The position numbers and the translations under genes were made by a program. Positions 8,665 to 18,684 of a DNA stretch of 64,000 nucleotides are shown here, in pieces. The DNA comes from an uncultured Pseudohongiella sp. Its GTDB lineage: Bacteria > Pseudomonadota > Gammaproteobacteria > Pseudomonadales > Pseudohongiellaceae. The stretch covers positions 207 to 64,206 of the forward strand of contig CACJWK010000011.1 in the NCBI GenBank assembly GCA_902597095.1, given 5' to 3'. Every line of letters starts with the position of its first letter. The stretch's first letter is position 1. The notes under the pieces were generated by a model. That model did no database searches. It had not been told where the DNA came from and saw only the letters and a program-made list of their open reading frames with translations.

Positions 8665-9156
8665 TTATCTATTGTTTGTTAAATACCTTTCTCTGAGTCT
8701 TCTTGGAATCACGCCACTGTTCAAAGCCACAAGGTATTTTGTAGTGCTTTCAAAAACCGCGTCATATACTTTCATGCTTTTTTCTGGAATGGCTCCTCTT
8801 TCCGATTTTGTTAATACCATTTCGCAATTCATAGCATACGCAAGGTGGTAGTAATTGAGAGTAGTCAATTCTTCTTCGTCAAAAATTTCTTGAAGTGCAG
8901 CACGATCAATATGGGGAGGGAGCGGTAGCCATACCCCACCCGTTACCCTATTCCACTTTGAAAGGACTTTGCTTAATTCAGGGTTTTCTGCAGCCCCCAG
9001 CTGCATCTCCTGGGCCCGTATCTGAACTTGCTCTAGGTCCCTATTATCTTCAGCTTGCCTCTTCAATCTCATTTCCATAGCCAGAAACACAAGTGTCACA
9101 ATCAATCCTAATGCGCCAATTACCTCACCCAATGAACCTAATTCACTAATAGTCAT
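8665..9156 (-). CDS. Small single-TM protein, unknown family A (partner of the TolB-like genes)
   Basis: The start is taken at the internal ATG at 9156, which has a GAGGA RBS. The protein begins MTISELGSLGEVIGALGLIVTLVFLAMEMR, followed by a ~130-aa soluble part. Paralogs lie at 11747-12220, 16221-16681 (frameshifted) and 18363-18453 (remnant). Confidence 0.65.
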   Translation of the reverse strand: MTISELGSLGEVIGALGLIVTLVFLAMEMRLKRQAEDNRDLEQVQIRAQEMQLGAAENPELSKVLSKWNRVTGGVWLPLPPHIDRAALQEIFDEEELTTLNYYHLAYAMNCEMVLTKSERGAIPEKSMKVYDAVFESTTKYLVALNSGVIPRRLRERYLTNNR

Positions 9157-9396
9157 TTTTTCCTCGCATACCAACATTAAAAAAAGAATGAAATATAATT
9201 GCGGAACTCTAGGCCAATAATTTGGATATGCAACCATCAACAACGACCAAAAATGGTGCATTCAGTCGCTGTCGATGTTTATCAGGTTAAACATTTGTTC
9301 TGAATTTAGGTGCACTTCCCTTTTGTAGATGGATATCAATTGGTAGTATCAGAAAGTTAAAGACAAATTCAATTTCTAGAGACTGCGGAGAAACAG

Positions 9397-11571
9397 ATGC
9401 CTAGTCAGTGGGAAAGGTTCAAACAGAGTAATATCGCTAAAATAGTTATCGGCTATAGCTTGATAGTGTGGGTGCTTATTCAATTAATCGAGGCTGTTCT
9501 GCCGACGTTCGAAACACCACTCTGGGTTGCTCAAACCCTAACTTTTTTGCTCATACTAGGCTTCCCAATAGCACTTCTTGTCGGATGGGCCTACGAAAAG
9601 CTGCCTGCTCGGACGACTGACTCTGACGGAGCGGAATCAGTGCCTCAGCCAGCGCATTCAACTCCAAAGAAAACGTTAGTCATAGTTGGAATAGGATCAT
9701 GTGCCGTAATCGGGCTCTTTGGCTTCTATATGATGCCCTTTATTTTTGATGGAGATGCCTTTTCAACTCAAAACCAATCAAATGGCCCTATTGTTCAGCG
9801 TACAGCGTCTTATAAAGGCATTCGTTCCAATATCCCAATAGGGGAAAGCGGAGTTAGAAGCGGGCTCAATACTCGCACGGACATCGCAATTTCACCAGAC
9901 GGGAATTTTATAGCCTACTTAATGCACAGAGGGATCAACTCTGAGGTAATACTCCGCGATTTGCGTGGTTATGACAACCAAAAAAGTCTTGGAACTATTT
10001 CTGGCCCGGGAGGCAGTGGATCGCTGCAATTCTCACCGGACGGAGAGTGGATTGTTTTCCAAGATCGAGGACAACTTGCTCGCGTTCGCATAGAGGGAGG
10101 CTCTATCCAAATGTTACCCGGCACGGCAGAACAGCGAGCGTGGGGTAGTCATGCGATTGTGGAAGAAGACATCTATTTTATTAGCGGCTCTGGCTTTCAA
10201 GTTTACCGAATTGCCTTTTCCGGAGAAAGTGACGTAGCTGAACTAATCAGTGTGCCAGAGGAAGGCCTTTTCTTCGGCCAGCCCTCACCAATTCCTGAAA
10301 GCAACAAACTTCTGATCACGGCATGTGACGCAATTAACGGGTGGTCAGACTGCGACGTCGGCATTTTGGACATTTCTACTGGAGAAGTTGAAATAAAAAT
10401 ACAAACAGCCTTTAACGCTCGTTACGTGTCCTCAGGGCATGTGCTTTTCATCCGTGATTCTACACTTTGGGCGGTCCCCTTCGACCCTGAAACACTAAGT
10501 ATCACCGGAGGTCAAGTTCCGGTAGTTCAGGGAATCGAGGGAAATAGTTTTTACACAGGTAATTTTGCGTACTCCGTATCCGACAATGGCAGACTTGTTT
10601 ATCTTAGTGGTAGTGATGCTTTTGAAAGTGGATCTCGGGTAGACATCGCCTGGGTTGATAAAAACGGTAGCAGAGAAGCTTTACCACTTCCAGAGGGCAC
10701 CTATGGAAATATTAACTTATCACCGGAGCAAGATCGTTTGGCGATGACCTCATACGATGGAACGGGTTCAGATGTTTGGATTTGGAACCTTGAGCAGCAG
10801 ATTTTTTCAAGACTCACCTTTCATGACGACGCAGCCTATCCTGTCTGGTCACCTGACGGCTCAGAAGTGATTTACCAGAGAACTCGTCCGCCTTTTGGGC
10901 TCTGGGCTACATCTTCGGATGGAACTGGCCGTGCCTCAATGCTCACTGAATCGCAACAACCATTATATCCTGAAACTATTTCTCCAGACGGCCAAGTGAT
11001 TTTTTCAGTAGGCGATAACACTGCAAGGAAACTGTATAGTTCAAACCTTTCAGATGAGAGGATTCAAACTTTAATAGACATAGGGCCCAATCAAGTACGA
11101 AGCTCACGAATCTCTCCCGATGGCAACTGGCTTCTCTATACCAGCGACGAAAGTGGAGATTTTGAAGCCTTTGTAAGGCCCTGGCCGAATTACGATGACG
11201 GTAAGTGGCAAGCAAGCCGGCTAGGTGGAGGACAGCCATTGTGGGATCAAAGTAATAACCGCCTGTATTTTTGGGCAGCGAGTGGGACTCAATATACAGT
11301 CGACTATGAGATTCAGACAGATGCCAGATCAGGTCGACCATCGTTCCGTTTTCAAGAGCCAAGAGAATTATTCACCTTACGCGAACCCCGATCACTGCAA
11401 ATTTTTCCCGGTTGGGCCTATCATGAAAGCCAAGATAAATTTCTAATGGTGGCGGCAGGAGGTATTGAAGCCGACGCAACTGAGCAAGTGCTCGCTCAAC
11501 AAACAGTTCTATCGCTTGTTGAATACTGGGATAAAGAACTCCAAAGCTTAGCGCCAGCTACAACCCCATAA
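9397..11571 (+). CDS. TolB-like beta-propeller protein with conserved N-terminal membrane anchor (copy 1)
   Basis: 724 aa. The N-terminal anchor reads ERFKQSNIAKIVIGYSLIVWVLIQLIEAVLPTFETPLWVAQTLTFLLILGFPIALLVGWAYE. Repeated [ILFW]SPDG PD40-type blades follow (ISPDGNF, FSPDGEW, WSPDGSE, ISPDGQV, ISPDGNW). The C-terminus is VEYWDKELQSLAP. Confidence 0.8.
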   Translation: MPSQWERFKQSNIAKIVIGYSLIVWVLIQLIEAVLPTFETPLWVAQTLTFLLILGFPIALLVGWAYEKLPARTTDSDGAESVPQPAHSTPKKTLVIVGIGSCAVIGLFGFYMMPFIFDGDAFSTQNQSNGPIVQRTASYKGIRSNIPIGESGVRSGLNTRTDIAISPDGNFIAYLMHRGINSEVILRDLRGYDNQKSLGTISGPGGSGSLQFSPDGEWIVFQDRGQLARVRIEGGSIQMLPGTAEQRAWGSHAIVEEDIYFISGSGFQVYRIAFSGESDVAELISVPEEGLFFGQPSPIPESNKLLITACDAINGWSDCDVGILDISTGEVEIKIQTAFNARYVSSGHVLFIRDSTLWAVPFDPETLSITGGQVPVVQGIEGNSFYTGNFAYSVSDNGRLVYLSGSDAFESGSRVDIAWVDKNGSREALPLPEGTYGNINLSPEQDRLAMTSYDGTGSDVWIWNLEQQIFSRLTFHDDAAYPVWSPDGSEVIYQRTRPPFGLWATSSDGTGRASMLTESQQPLYPETISPDGQVIFSVGDNTARKLYSSNLSDERIQTLIDIGPNQVRSSRISPDGNWLLYTSDESGDFEAFVRPWPNYDDGKWQASRLGGGQPLWDQSNNRLYFWAASGTQYTVDYEIQTDARSGRPSFRFQEPRELFTLREPRSLQIFPGWAYHESQDKFLMVAAGGIEADATEQVLAQQTVLSLVEYWDKELQSLAPATTP

Positions 11572-11746
11572 CCACAGGCGTCTCGCTCAGCGAGGGGGAC
11601 ACCTCTTACTATGTCAGGTGGGAACATGTTCAGATGGAGTATTGGGGCTATTTCCATCATCTAGGCTAACTCCCGTGTCCTCGGGATTCCTGTAGAATTA
11701 TTAGCTCATAAGACGAGCATCTGAATCTCTTCACCAGGCAAGAGTC

Positions 11747-12220
11747 ATGAAGATATCCACGATTAATGAAGTTATTTCGATTATCGCGAACATTGGTGTG
11801 ATCGCATCGATTGTATTTCTTGGACTTGAGATGAGACAGAACTCAAGCATGATGCTGTCGCAGACCAGAAATGAAATGACCCAGAATCAAATGGAAACGC
11901 AGCTTGCTGTTGTTGAGAATAGCGACTATGCAAAGATACACAATGCTTTACGGGCTGATCCCAACGCTTTCCCAGTTAGTTCATCGGAGGCACTACAAGC
12001 GTATTTCTGGAATATAACTCAGCTCCGTATGTGGGAAAACGAGTGGTATCAGTATCAGAATGGCCTATTTGATGAAACTGAGTTCGAGCCAAGACTAAAT
12101 TTATGGCGTAATTCAATGTCCAACCCGTACAACATTTTAGTTTGGGAGCAACAAAGACTGAATTTTTCCCCCGATTTCAGGGAATTGCTGGATAACCTCA
12201 TCCAGGAGCCGAACCCGTGA
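11747..12220 (+). CDS. Small single-TM protein, unknown family A (diverged paralog)
   Basis: 157 aa. It has an N-terminal TM ending FLGLEMRQN, as in 8665-9156, then a W/Y/Q-rich soluble domain. Its stop overlaps the next start (GTGA at 12217-12220). Confidence 0.6.
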   Translation: MKISTINEVISIIANIGVIASIVFLGLEMRQNSSMMLSQTRNEMTQNQMETQLAVVENSDYAKIHNALRADPNAFPVSSSEALQAYFWNITQLRMWENEWYQYQNGLFDETEFEPRLNLWRNSMSNPYNILVWEQQRLNFSPDFRELLDNLIQEPNP

Positions 12221-12813
12221 CTGTTTTTGAATATAGTTCAGTACTCATGGCAATAATAGTTGGTATGACAGTCAATGAGTTACTGCAAAGAATCACGAAT
12301 ATTCTATCTAGGGAAAATGGCCTTGCTTTATATTGGTACGAAGCCTTCTTTACGATTATATTTCTCATAGCTACGATCGCCTATTTCTTTAGCTATTTCA
12401 GCATAGCGGGTAGTGCTGACGTGATCACTGTGACTATGTTCTTAGGACCATTCACGGTCATCTGTGTTTGGTACATCCTCATCTTTTTTTTTCCAGTTCC
12501 GAAAAAAGAAGATGGTGCGATAGATATTGAAGCGCACTTCATTTCAAAGGTTCCTAGGTGGGCCGCTTTTAATGGTCTGTTTATGATCGCTATTCCATTT
12601 GCAATGCTGACTATGGATAACGACATTAGCCTGCTCTTAATAAGCGCCAGTATCCAAAACTATCTTGGGGGGCTGTTGATGACTTCTTTAGGCGTCTTGA
12701 CTCCTATTATTGTTTCCCGAGTTGGAATCCGAAGATTTAAGTTCTGCATGGCCGCCTTATCTGCACCTTGGAGTCTTATTGTCGTTGCCAATAGCTTCTA
12801 TACCTTGTCTTGA
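12217..12813 (+). CDS. Polytopic membrane protein, unknown family (paralog of 7080-7664)
   Basis: 198 aa with ~6 TM segments and an FEY N-terminus. It is translationally coupled to 11747-12220. Confidence 0.55.
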   Translation: MTVFEYSSVLMAIIVGMTVNELLQRITNILSRENGLALYWYEAFFTIIFLIATIAYFFSYFSIAGSADVITVTMFLGPFTVICVWYILIFFFPVPKKEDGAIDIEAHFISKVPRWAAFNGLFMIAIPFAMLTMDNDISLLLISASIQNYLGGLLMTSLGVLTPIIVSRVGIRRFKFCMAALSAPWSLIVVANSFYTLS

Positions 12814-13435
12814 GGAGACCAAGGGCTACAGCGACAGTTTGGCTTTGCTAGTGCGAGAAGAAGCGACTGTTAGATTATTACCCTAGCTTTGGCTTCCTCC
12901 CCCGCGTTCTCGGGGTTCCTTCAGCAAACAAACCAACCTTAAAACCTAACTCTTCTAATTCTCTCAGTTCAGCCAGCTTGGCACTGCGCTCTGCGGGTTT
13001 TTCTCTGTTTTCTCTACCGTGAACTACTGGACGACCACTGCCTTCAGCGCCCCGTGGAATCGACTCTTGATCTTACCTCGGACAGCTGGTGCTATACGCC
13101 TTTGCCGTGTCCGTTTCGATAGTGCATTGCACTGGGTGCATGTCACGCGCCCGCCGATAGTTGTATATTGGTCAATAGGCACTCACTCCGTACTCATGTC
13201 ACCAATAATTCCGCATAGTGAAGTAGATCTTATAAATATAGCATTGACCCCAATTGACCTTACGCCTGAAACTTCTTTCAATAATGTTCTGAAGTGAGAT
13301 TACGGTTTGCGAATAGATGCTATCGACATTAATTGCGCCTCTGAGCATCCCTCTACCCCAGGCCTTATAGGCTTCTTCAATAAACTTTAACTTATGAGCA
13401 TAACCTTGATTCCAATAAATGAAGTCGAGTTTGGT

Positions 13436-13485
13436 GTCTCCAGGTTCGAGTCCTGGTGGGCCCACCAACTAAATCAATAAGTTAC
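13436..13485 (+). repeat. att core fragment (T-arm to ACCA plus 18 nt of the right arm)
   Basis: GTCTCCAGGTTCGAGTCCTGGTGGGCCCACCAACTAAATCAATAAGTTAC matches 1340-1388. Homology is lost on both sides. Confidence 0.8.
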
Positions 13486-13564
13486 GTGCTGCTACTCTAC
13501 ACCTCATCCAACGAATCATTTACGATGTAACGATGGATATAAGCACAAAATTACCATAGATCAT

Positions 13565-13656
13565 CTAACCCTTCGAACGACCCCCCCCCCAAAATAAAAG
13601 CAAACCGGCATCTGACTCGCCCACCCGAGCCCCCCTTTATTCAGTTTTGTTCCATA
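13565..13656 (-). repeat. Left-arm fragment (c4) of the composite repeat, inverted orientation
   Basis: The reverse complement reads TATGGAACAAAACTGAATAAAGGGGGGCTCGGGTGGGCGAGTCAGATGCCGGTTTGCTTTTATTTTGGGGGGGGGGTCG. The block order matches 1103-1190. It contains a C10/G10 homopolymer at 13581-13590. Confidence 0.7.
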
Positions 13657-13730
13657 CGCAATATTTGAGTCTTATTTACTAATGAAGGTTATAAAAATCG
13701 AATGTTGTCTAGCATTAGCGCCGGGCGAAA

Positions 13731-15983
13731 TTACTGAGGGTGATCGAAGGGTACTAAAGTCGCCAGCTCATCGAACCAGTTTTCAACGACGTTCACGATA
13801 ACTTGTGACTCTAAAATTCTTACGCCACCGTCTGAGTCATTTGTGAAAATAAATTCTGTTTCGCTCAAAACATCAAAATTTGGTTGATTACCATTTATAG
13901 GTTTGTTCGACTCAACCAATAATTCAGGACTACTTGCAATCAGGAATTCTGGTCTTCCGGTCTCTAATAAAGGTCCGTACTCTATTTCGGCTTGAAATAT
14001 TTGGGTACTGCCTCTCGACTCAAGCTCCCCATCAAACTCTTGCCTGGTGAAGTAAAGTTTATTCCCATCAGGGTGCCAGTCGAATGAGCTTACATTTCTG
14101 CCAGAAGTAATCTGATATTTACCCTGCGTAATGCTCGGGAAAGACTGTACATATAATTGTCTGCCCCCTGTTTCATTGCTTAGATATGCTATCCAGTTGC
14201 CATCTGGCGAGATCCTTGAGAGGTTTACTCTGAAACCTGGTGGGGTTATTAGTGGCTCGTGGACATTTTCACTGTTGGCATTACTCAAATTAAAAGTGTA
14301 AATCCCACCAGTTGGACTATTCTCTGAATAGACAATAAGGTCCCCGGAGGGAGAGATCGTTTCTAAGTCAATACGGGAAAAAGGGGTCGAGGTTATAAAC
14401 TCGGCAATTGAGGATCCATTAGAGGCTGTCCTCCAAATTTCTGCAGTAGCGTTTTGCTCGGATTGATAAAAAATCGACTGCCCATCACTACTCCATATTG
14501 GAGTGCCATCAACCCCGCCAAAACTTCTCCTTCCCAGGCTTTCTCTTACTAGATCCCAAATCCAGACATCTCTCGAGCCAGACTCATCTAGCCTTGTCAT
14601 TGCAACCGAGTTCTGATCAGGACTTGCTGCAATTTCAGCAAATGAACTTTCCGGAATATTTACCTTCCTAGCTTCGCCAGAGTGACTGAGTCGTGTTAGC
14701 TCTATGTCCAGAACATTAAAATTGCCGGAACCCCTCCGCATCAAGTTACCTGAGATGTATACTAACCTACCATCGTTAGAAAAATTATAATTTCCATAGT
14801 AGAGGTCTCTGCTGATTGTGGTCTCGATACCATTTACCACAGGCACTGAACTTCCCTGAATAGTCATATCTGAGATGCTAAACGGTACTGCCCATAAAGT
14901 ATCCGCCTGCAAGTAAGTAATATGTCCGGACCTTGCATATTTCGATTGATAACCTCGATCTATGATTATTTTAGACACGCCAGTTTTAAGATCTATTAAG
15001 ATAACTTTTGGCTCTTGTTCTGAGAAAACCACCGGCAAAATAGTCGCCATCAAGTAATCAGTATTATCAATAAACTCTAACCAAACAGCTCTTTCACCAT
15101 CATTCTCTACTTCATAGATTAATTCTGTGTCCTCAGAGCCGATGGCTTTTTTTAAAATCTTCCCATCCTGAGTGCCAAAAAATAGAATATTCCCTCTGAC
15201 AGTAAAACCAGTAAGGAGCAGGGGACCGTCTTGAATTGTCTGCGCCGTTCCCCCTTCGACTCTTACACGATTTAATTTCGACCCTCGGTCCGAATAATAA
15301 TAAATCCAGTCGTTCCCACTCTTAAAGGAAGGGAAGCCTGATCTATTCTCAACAGAACCTCGACCTGTATTTAAGCCAGAACGCTGTAAACTCAATGGCT
15401 CGCTGTAACTCTGTAGACTCCTCGCGTAATATTGTGACCCCCTCTCTCCAGGCCTGGCCACTCTATAAATCAGAGTAGCACCATCTGGAGAAAGCGCAAT
15501 CTCTGACTTTAAACCATTCGCTTTTTGCCGACTAACGCCTATGTCGATTTGTGCCTTTAATACGTTTGCTGTACCAGGTCCGTCTGGAGAAATGATGCTT
15601 GGCCTGGACCGTTGCTGAAACTCGCTACTGTTAAAAATAAACGGCATCAAGTAGAAGCCGAAGAGCCCAATTACGGCACATGACCCTGCTCCAACTATGG
15701 CCAGCGTTTTCTTTGGAGTTGAATGTGCTGGCTGGAGCTCTGATTTTACGTCGTCAGTATCAGTAGACTGAGCAGGTAGCTTTTCGTAGGCCCACCCAAC
15801 AAGTAATGCAATAGGGAAACCTAGAATCAGCAAAAAAGTGAGGGTTTGAGCAACCCAGAGGGGTGTTTCAAAAGTGGGTAACACGGCCTCGATCAACTGG
15901 ATTAGCACCCAAACTACTAAGCTGTAGCCAATCACTACTTTTGCAATATTGCTCTGCTTGAACCTTTCCCACCGGCTAGGCAT
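13731..15983 (-). CDS. TolB-like beta-propeller protein with conserved N-terminal membrane anchor (copy 2)
   Basis: The start is taken at the internal ATG at 15983 (MPSRWERFKQSNIAKVVIGYSLVVWVLIQLIEAVLPTFETPLWVAQTLTF...), by analogy with copy 1. It has PD40-type SPDG repeats and the C-terminus VVENWFDELATLVP. Confidence 0.8.
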   Translation of the reverse strand: MPSRWERFKQSNIAKVVIGYSLVVWVLIQLIEAVLPTFETPLWVAQTLTFLLILGFPIALLVGWAYEKLPAQSTDTDDVKSELQPAHSTPKKTLAIVGAGSCAVIGLFGFYLMPFIFNSSEFQQRSRPSIISPDGPGTANVLKAQIDIGVSRQKANGLKSEIALSPDGATLIYRVARPGERGSQYYARSLQSYSEPLSLQRSGLNTGRGSVENRSGFPSFKSGNDWIYYYSDRGSKLNRVRVEGGTAQTIQDGPLLLTGFTVRGNILFFGTQDGKILKKAIGSEDTELIYEVENDGERAVWLEFIDNTDYLMATILPVVFSEQEPKVILIDLKTGVSKIIIDRGYQSKYARSGHITYLQADTLWAVPFSISDMTIQGSSVPVVNGIETTISRDLYYGNYNFSNDGRLVYISGNLMRRGSGNFNVLDIELTRLSHSGEARKVNIPESSFAEIAASPDQNSVAMTRLDESGSRDVWIWDLVRESLGRRSFGGVDGTPIWSSDGQSIFYQSEQNATAEIWRTASNGSSIAEFITSTPFSRIDLETISPSGDLIVYSENSPTGGIYTFNLSNANSENVHEPLITPPGFRVNLSRISPDGNWIAYLSNETGGRQLYVQSFPSITQGKYQITSGRNVSSFDWHPDGNKLYFTRQEFDGELESRGSTQIFQAEIEYGPLLETGRPEFLIASSPELLVESNKPINGNQPNFDVLSETEFIFTNDSDGGVRILESQVIVNVVENWFDELATLVPFDHPQ

Positions 15984-16220
15984 CTCTTTCCCCAAATTTT
16001 TAGAAGCTAAAACTTCAACTGGTTCGATGTTATCAAATTCACTGTTCTCAACAAAAGCAGTCTGATAGCCACAATAATAATTCATTTGGATCCGCCACCA
16101 ACGAATACCTCATTACGCACTATTTTTGGTCATCTATTCTGCTGATTTGACCGATTTATGTATTCAGAGATTCGCCATCATATGTAAACCTTTTTTTAAA
16201 TATTGGTATGAGAGGACAAA

Positions 16221-16681
16221 ATGACTATTAGTGAACTAGGTTCGTTGGGAGAGGTGGTAGGAGCTTTTGGGTTGATTGTGACGCTTGTGTTTCTTGCGAT
16301 AGAAATGCGCATGAAAAGGGAAGACAAGCGTTATAGGGACCTTGAAAGGTACAAATCCGCAATCAAGAACTCCAACTGAGCGTCGCCACGAGCCTATCAC
16401 TTTGTAGTGTCATGACGAAGTGGAACAATTTGACCGGCGGCCATTTCCAGCCACTGCCGAGCGGAGTAGCGGCATATTCAGTCGCTGAGCTTTTTACCGA
16501 AGAAGAGAGGACAGCTCTTGTTTTCTACTTCTACGGCAGCGCCATGAATTTTGAAACGATTTTAGCCAAATTCAATAGAGGCGATATTCCGGAAGCAAGC
16601 ATGCGACATTATGACTCTGTCTTGAAAGAGTCGGCTAGGTATCTTACTGTTCTTGGGAATTTGACGATGCCAAAAGGTTAG
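16221..16681 (+). pseudogene. Family A small TM protein gene inactivated by a frameshift near 16340
   Basis: Frame 1 gives MTISELGSLGEVVGAFGLIVTLVFLAIEMRMKREDKRYRDLER.., then a stop at 16377-16379. A second frame continues KVQIRNQELQLSVATSLSLCSVMTKWNNLTGGHFQPLP... That continuation aligns with EQVQIRAQEMQLGAAENPELSKVLSKWNRVTGGVWLPLP of the intact paralog at 8665-9156. Confidence 0.75.
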
Positions 16682-16842
16682 GCGAAAGATATTTATCAAA
16701 TCAGTAAAATTGGTTTGATTGAGAACGCACGCTCGGGGCATCTCCTGATGCGAGTTCGAAATCATGTGATGCTATTTCCCAACTAGCAGAAACACATGAC
16801 ACAGTATCTCCTAAGGCCATCATAATCTATATGTATACACCA

Positions 16843-17050
16843 TATGGAACCAATATTAATAAAGGAGGTACACCCGCGGGTGGGTGATGTCAGATGAAGG
16901 TAAAATTTTTAAGGGGTGAGGTCTGCGGCCTCTTGACACGCGGGGTGACAACATATTCTGCTCCACCCAACAGATGGTAAAAATATATAATCAACTGCTT
17001 GCTGGACGATCGAGAGGCCCTTGTTGAGGATAGATTATTCGACGCTCAGG
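16843..17050 (+). repeat. Left-arm copy (c3) of the composite repeat, without the tRNA-like core
   Basis: TATGGAACCAATATTAATAAAGGAGGTACACCCGCGGGTGGGTGATGTCAGATGAAGG... follows the block order of 1103-1320 but is diverged. No T-arm or ACCA follows. Confidence 0.6.
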
Positions 17051-17115
17051 AGCGTCCCTAGACATTTTTAGGGCATTCTACTGGTGAGCTGATAATTTCG
17101 ATGGGAAAAGGTCGC

Positions 17116-18246
17116 CTACTTGGGCACTGCCTGCATTAGCGCCGTCCAGAACGCATCGTTGAAACTGACGCCGTCCTTATCTCCGTGAAACCCCAAGCGA
17201 CTCACTACCAAATTCAGGCTTGGCACCAGATAAAGCTTGCGATCACCCGCACCCTGCATGGCGACTAGGTCATCCGGCGCTGTGGGGATTAGCTTGCCCT
17301 CCGACCGAGTCGCCTTGCTGCCCGCACCGAGGGCAAACTCTTGGCCATTTATCCACCAGAGGAGGCCGTACGCTGGGTTTAGGGTTTGTGAGGGAGACAG
17401 CATGCCAGCAATAAAGTCAGTATCTTCGAGTACAACCTCATCACCCCATCTGCCGCCTGCCTGAATCATCAAGCCGAAGCGAGCCAGATCTCGAGCGGTT
17501 GTGGACAAACCCACCGCGATAGCTGCGTCGCGGCCAGGACGAGGCGTCCACACCGTGTTGCTTGCGCCGATTGGATCGCTTATCCAGCGTTTGGTCAGTT
17601 CATTGCGCTCCAGGCCCGTTGCTGACATGAGCACTCGCATGGTGGCATGGTATACAGGCGTGTTATAGAGCCAGACAGTACCCGGCGCTGCCTCATAGCT
17701 GAAGTCAGTGGCCAGGCCGCTGTTCATCATGAGCAGATGTCTCAAGGTAATGGCCTGCTCCTGATCAGCATTTGCCTTGGACCAGCCCGCACCAAGGTAA
17801 ATGGAAACAGCATCATCCAACTTGAGGTAACCCCGCTCCTGAGCTATGCCTGCCAAAATCGCCACAACACTCTTTTGCGCGGAAGCCACATCTTCAATTG
17901 CGCGCTGCTGTTCATCGAGCCCCTTAAGAGAACGTCCGTAGCGGGCATCCTCTGGACCGTCCCAATAGCGTTCAGCCATGATTCGACCGCTATGCACTAT
18001 GACAATACCGGAGGAATTGCGATCTCCCACAACGTCGAGAGCATCGGAAAGTGCCTGCGCGTTCCAGCCAATCCGATCAGGGGCAACGGTTTCCCAGTTT
18101 TCGCCAGAAGGTGGGAAATATAGCTCTGCAGAGTAGGCGATGACGGAAGCAAACAAAGCTAGCAAAGAGGTTAGAGAGCTTATTAGGACAAACATCTGGT
18201 TCTCAATAGAAAACGAAAGAGCTGATCGGAAGTCGAATGCTAGCAA
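17116..18246 (-). CDS. Serine hydrolase, beta-lactamase family, secreted
   Basis: 376 aa. It has an S-x-x-K motif (ASAQKSV) and a signal-like MFVLISSLTSLLALFASVIAYSA, so the true start may be the internal ATG near 18195. General beta-lactamase-related layout. Confidence 0.65.
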   Translation of the reverse strand: MLAFDFRSALSFSIENQMFVLISSLTSLLALFASVIAYSAELYFPPSGENWETVAPDRIGWNAQALSDALDVVGDRNSSGIVIVHSGRIMAERYWDGPEDARYGRSLKGLDEQQRAIEDVASAQKSVVAILAGIAQERGYLKLDDAVSIYLGAGWSKANADQEQAITLRHLLMMNSGLATDFSYEAAPGTVWLYNTPVYHATMRVLMSATGLERNELTKRWISDPIGASNTVWTPRPGRDAAIAVGLSTTARDLARFGLMIQAGGRWGDEVVLEDTDFIAGMLSPSQTLNPAYGLLWWINGQEFALGAGSKATRSEGKLIPTAPDDLVAMQGAGDRKLYLVPSLNLVVSRLGFHGDKDGVSFNDAFWTALMQAVPK

Positions 18247-18362
18247 GCCTACTAATCAGCTAAACAAAACTCAAGCAGGGCAATTAGACGCGGATTCTAT
18301 CGAAAAAGCGAAGCGACAAGTTCCAAGAAATAAAAGAAGCCAAGAGCGTTTTCGCGGCATTA

Positions 18363-18453
18363 ATCTCATTTCCATAGCCAGAAACACAAGTGTCACGATG
18401 AATCCTAATGCGACAACCACCTCACCCAACGAACCTGGTTCACGAATAGTCAT
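18363..18453 (-). pseudogene. 5' remnant (about 31 codons) of a family A small TM protein gene
   Basis: It encodes MTIREPGSLGEVVVALGFIVTLVFLAMEMRL. The DNA is clearly homologous to 9064-9156. The reading frame then diverges into unrelated sequence. Confidence 0.7.
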
Positions 18454-18684
18454 TTTGTCCTACTTAATCAAAATTCAAAATCAGCTTGAATATAGTACCG
18501 GAACTTCAGCCCCATGATTGGGGTATGCAATTAGCAAGAATGACCAAAAATGGTGCATTAGGTCGTCCCTATGCTTACAAGCTAAAGCTTATGCTACAAA
18601 TCTAATAGCTCCTCCCTTTTGCTGAGAAAATTCGATTGCTAATATGGAGTGGTAGCCAAGGTTCAGGATAACTGGAGGATCGAA

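Noticed and set aside
12878-13190. A minus-strand remnant resembling small Cys-rich mobile-element proteins. It reads ..CTQCNALSKRTRQRRIAPAVRGKIKSRFHGA.. and then, in another frame, ..GSGRPVVHGRENREKPAERSAKLAELRELEELGF..
   Set aside because: It needs at least one frameshift. The expected cysteines are partly replaced, and I recognise the family only vaguely. It is probably junk from a decayed element, which fits the surrounding att debris.
13199-13468. An 89-aa minus-strand ORF beginning MVGPPGLEPGDTK.
   Set aside because: Its N-terminus is simply the reverse translation of the att core fragment (13436-13467), so the ORF is chimeric. The remaining ~75 codons might be the 3' end of a destroyed gene, but they have no recognisable motif.
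13581-13590. A C10 homopolymer as a possible phase-variation tract.
   Set aside because: It lies in non-coding repeat debris. It corresponds to the G-rich block of the repeat left arm and is not within or just upstream of an intact gene.
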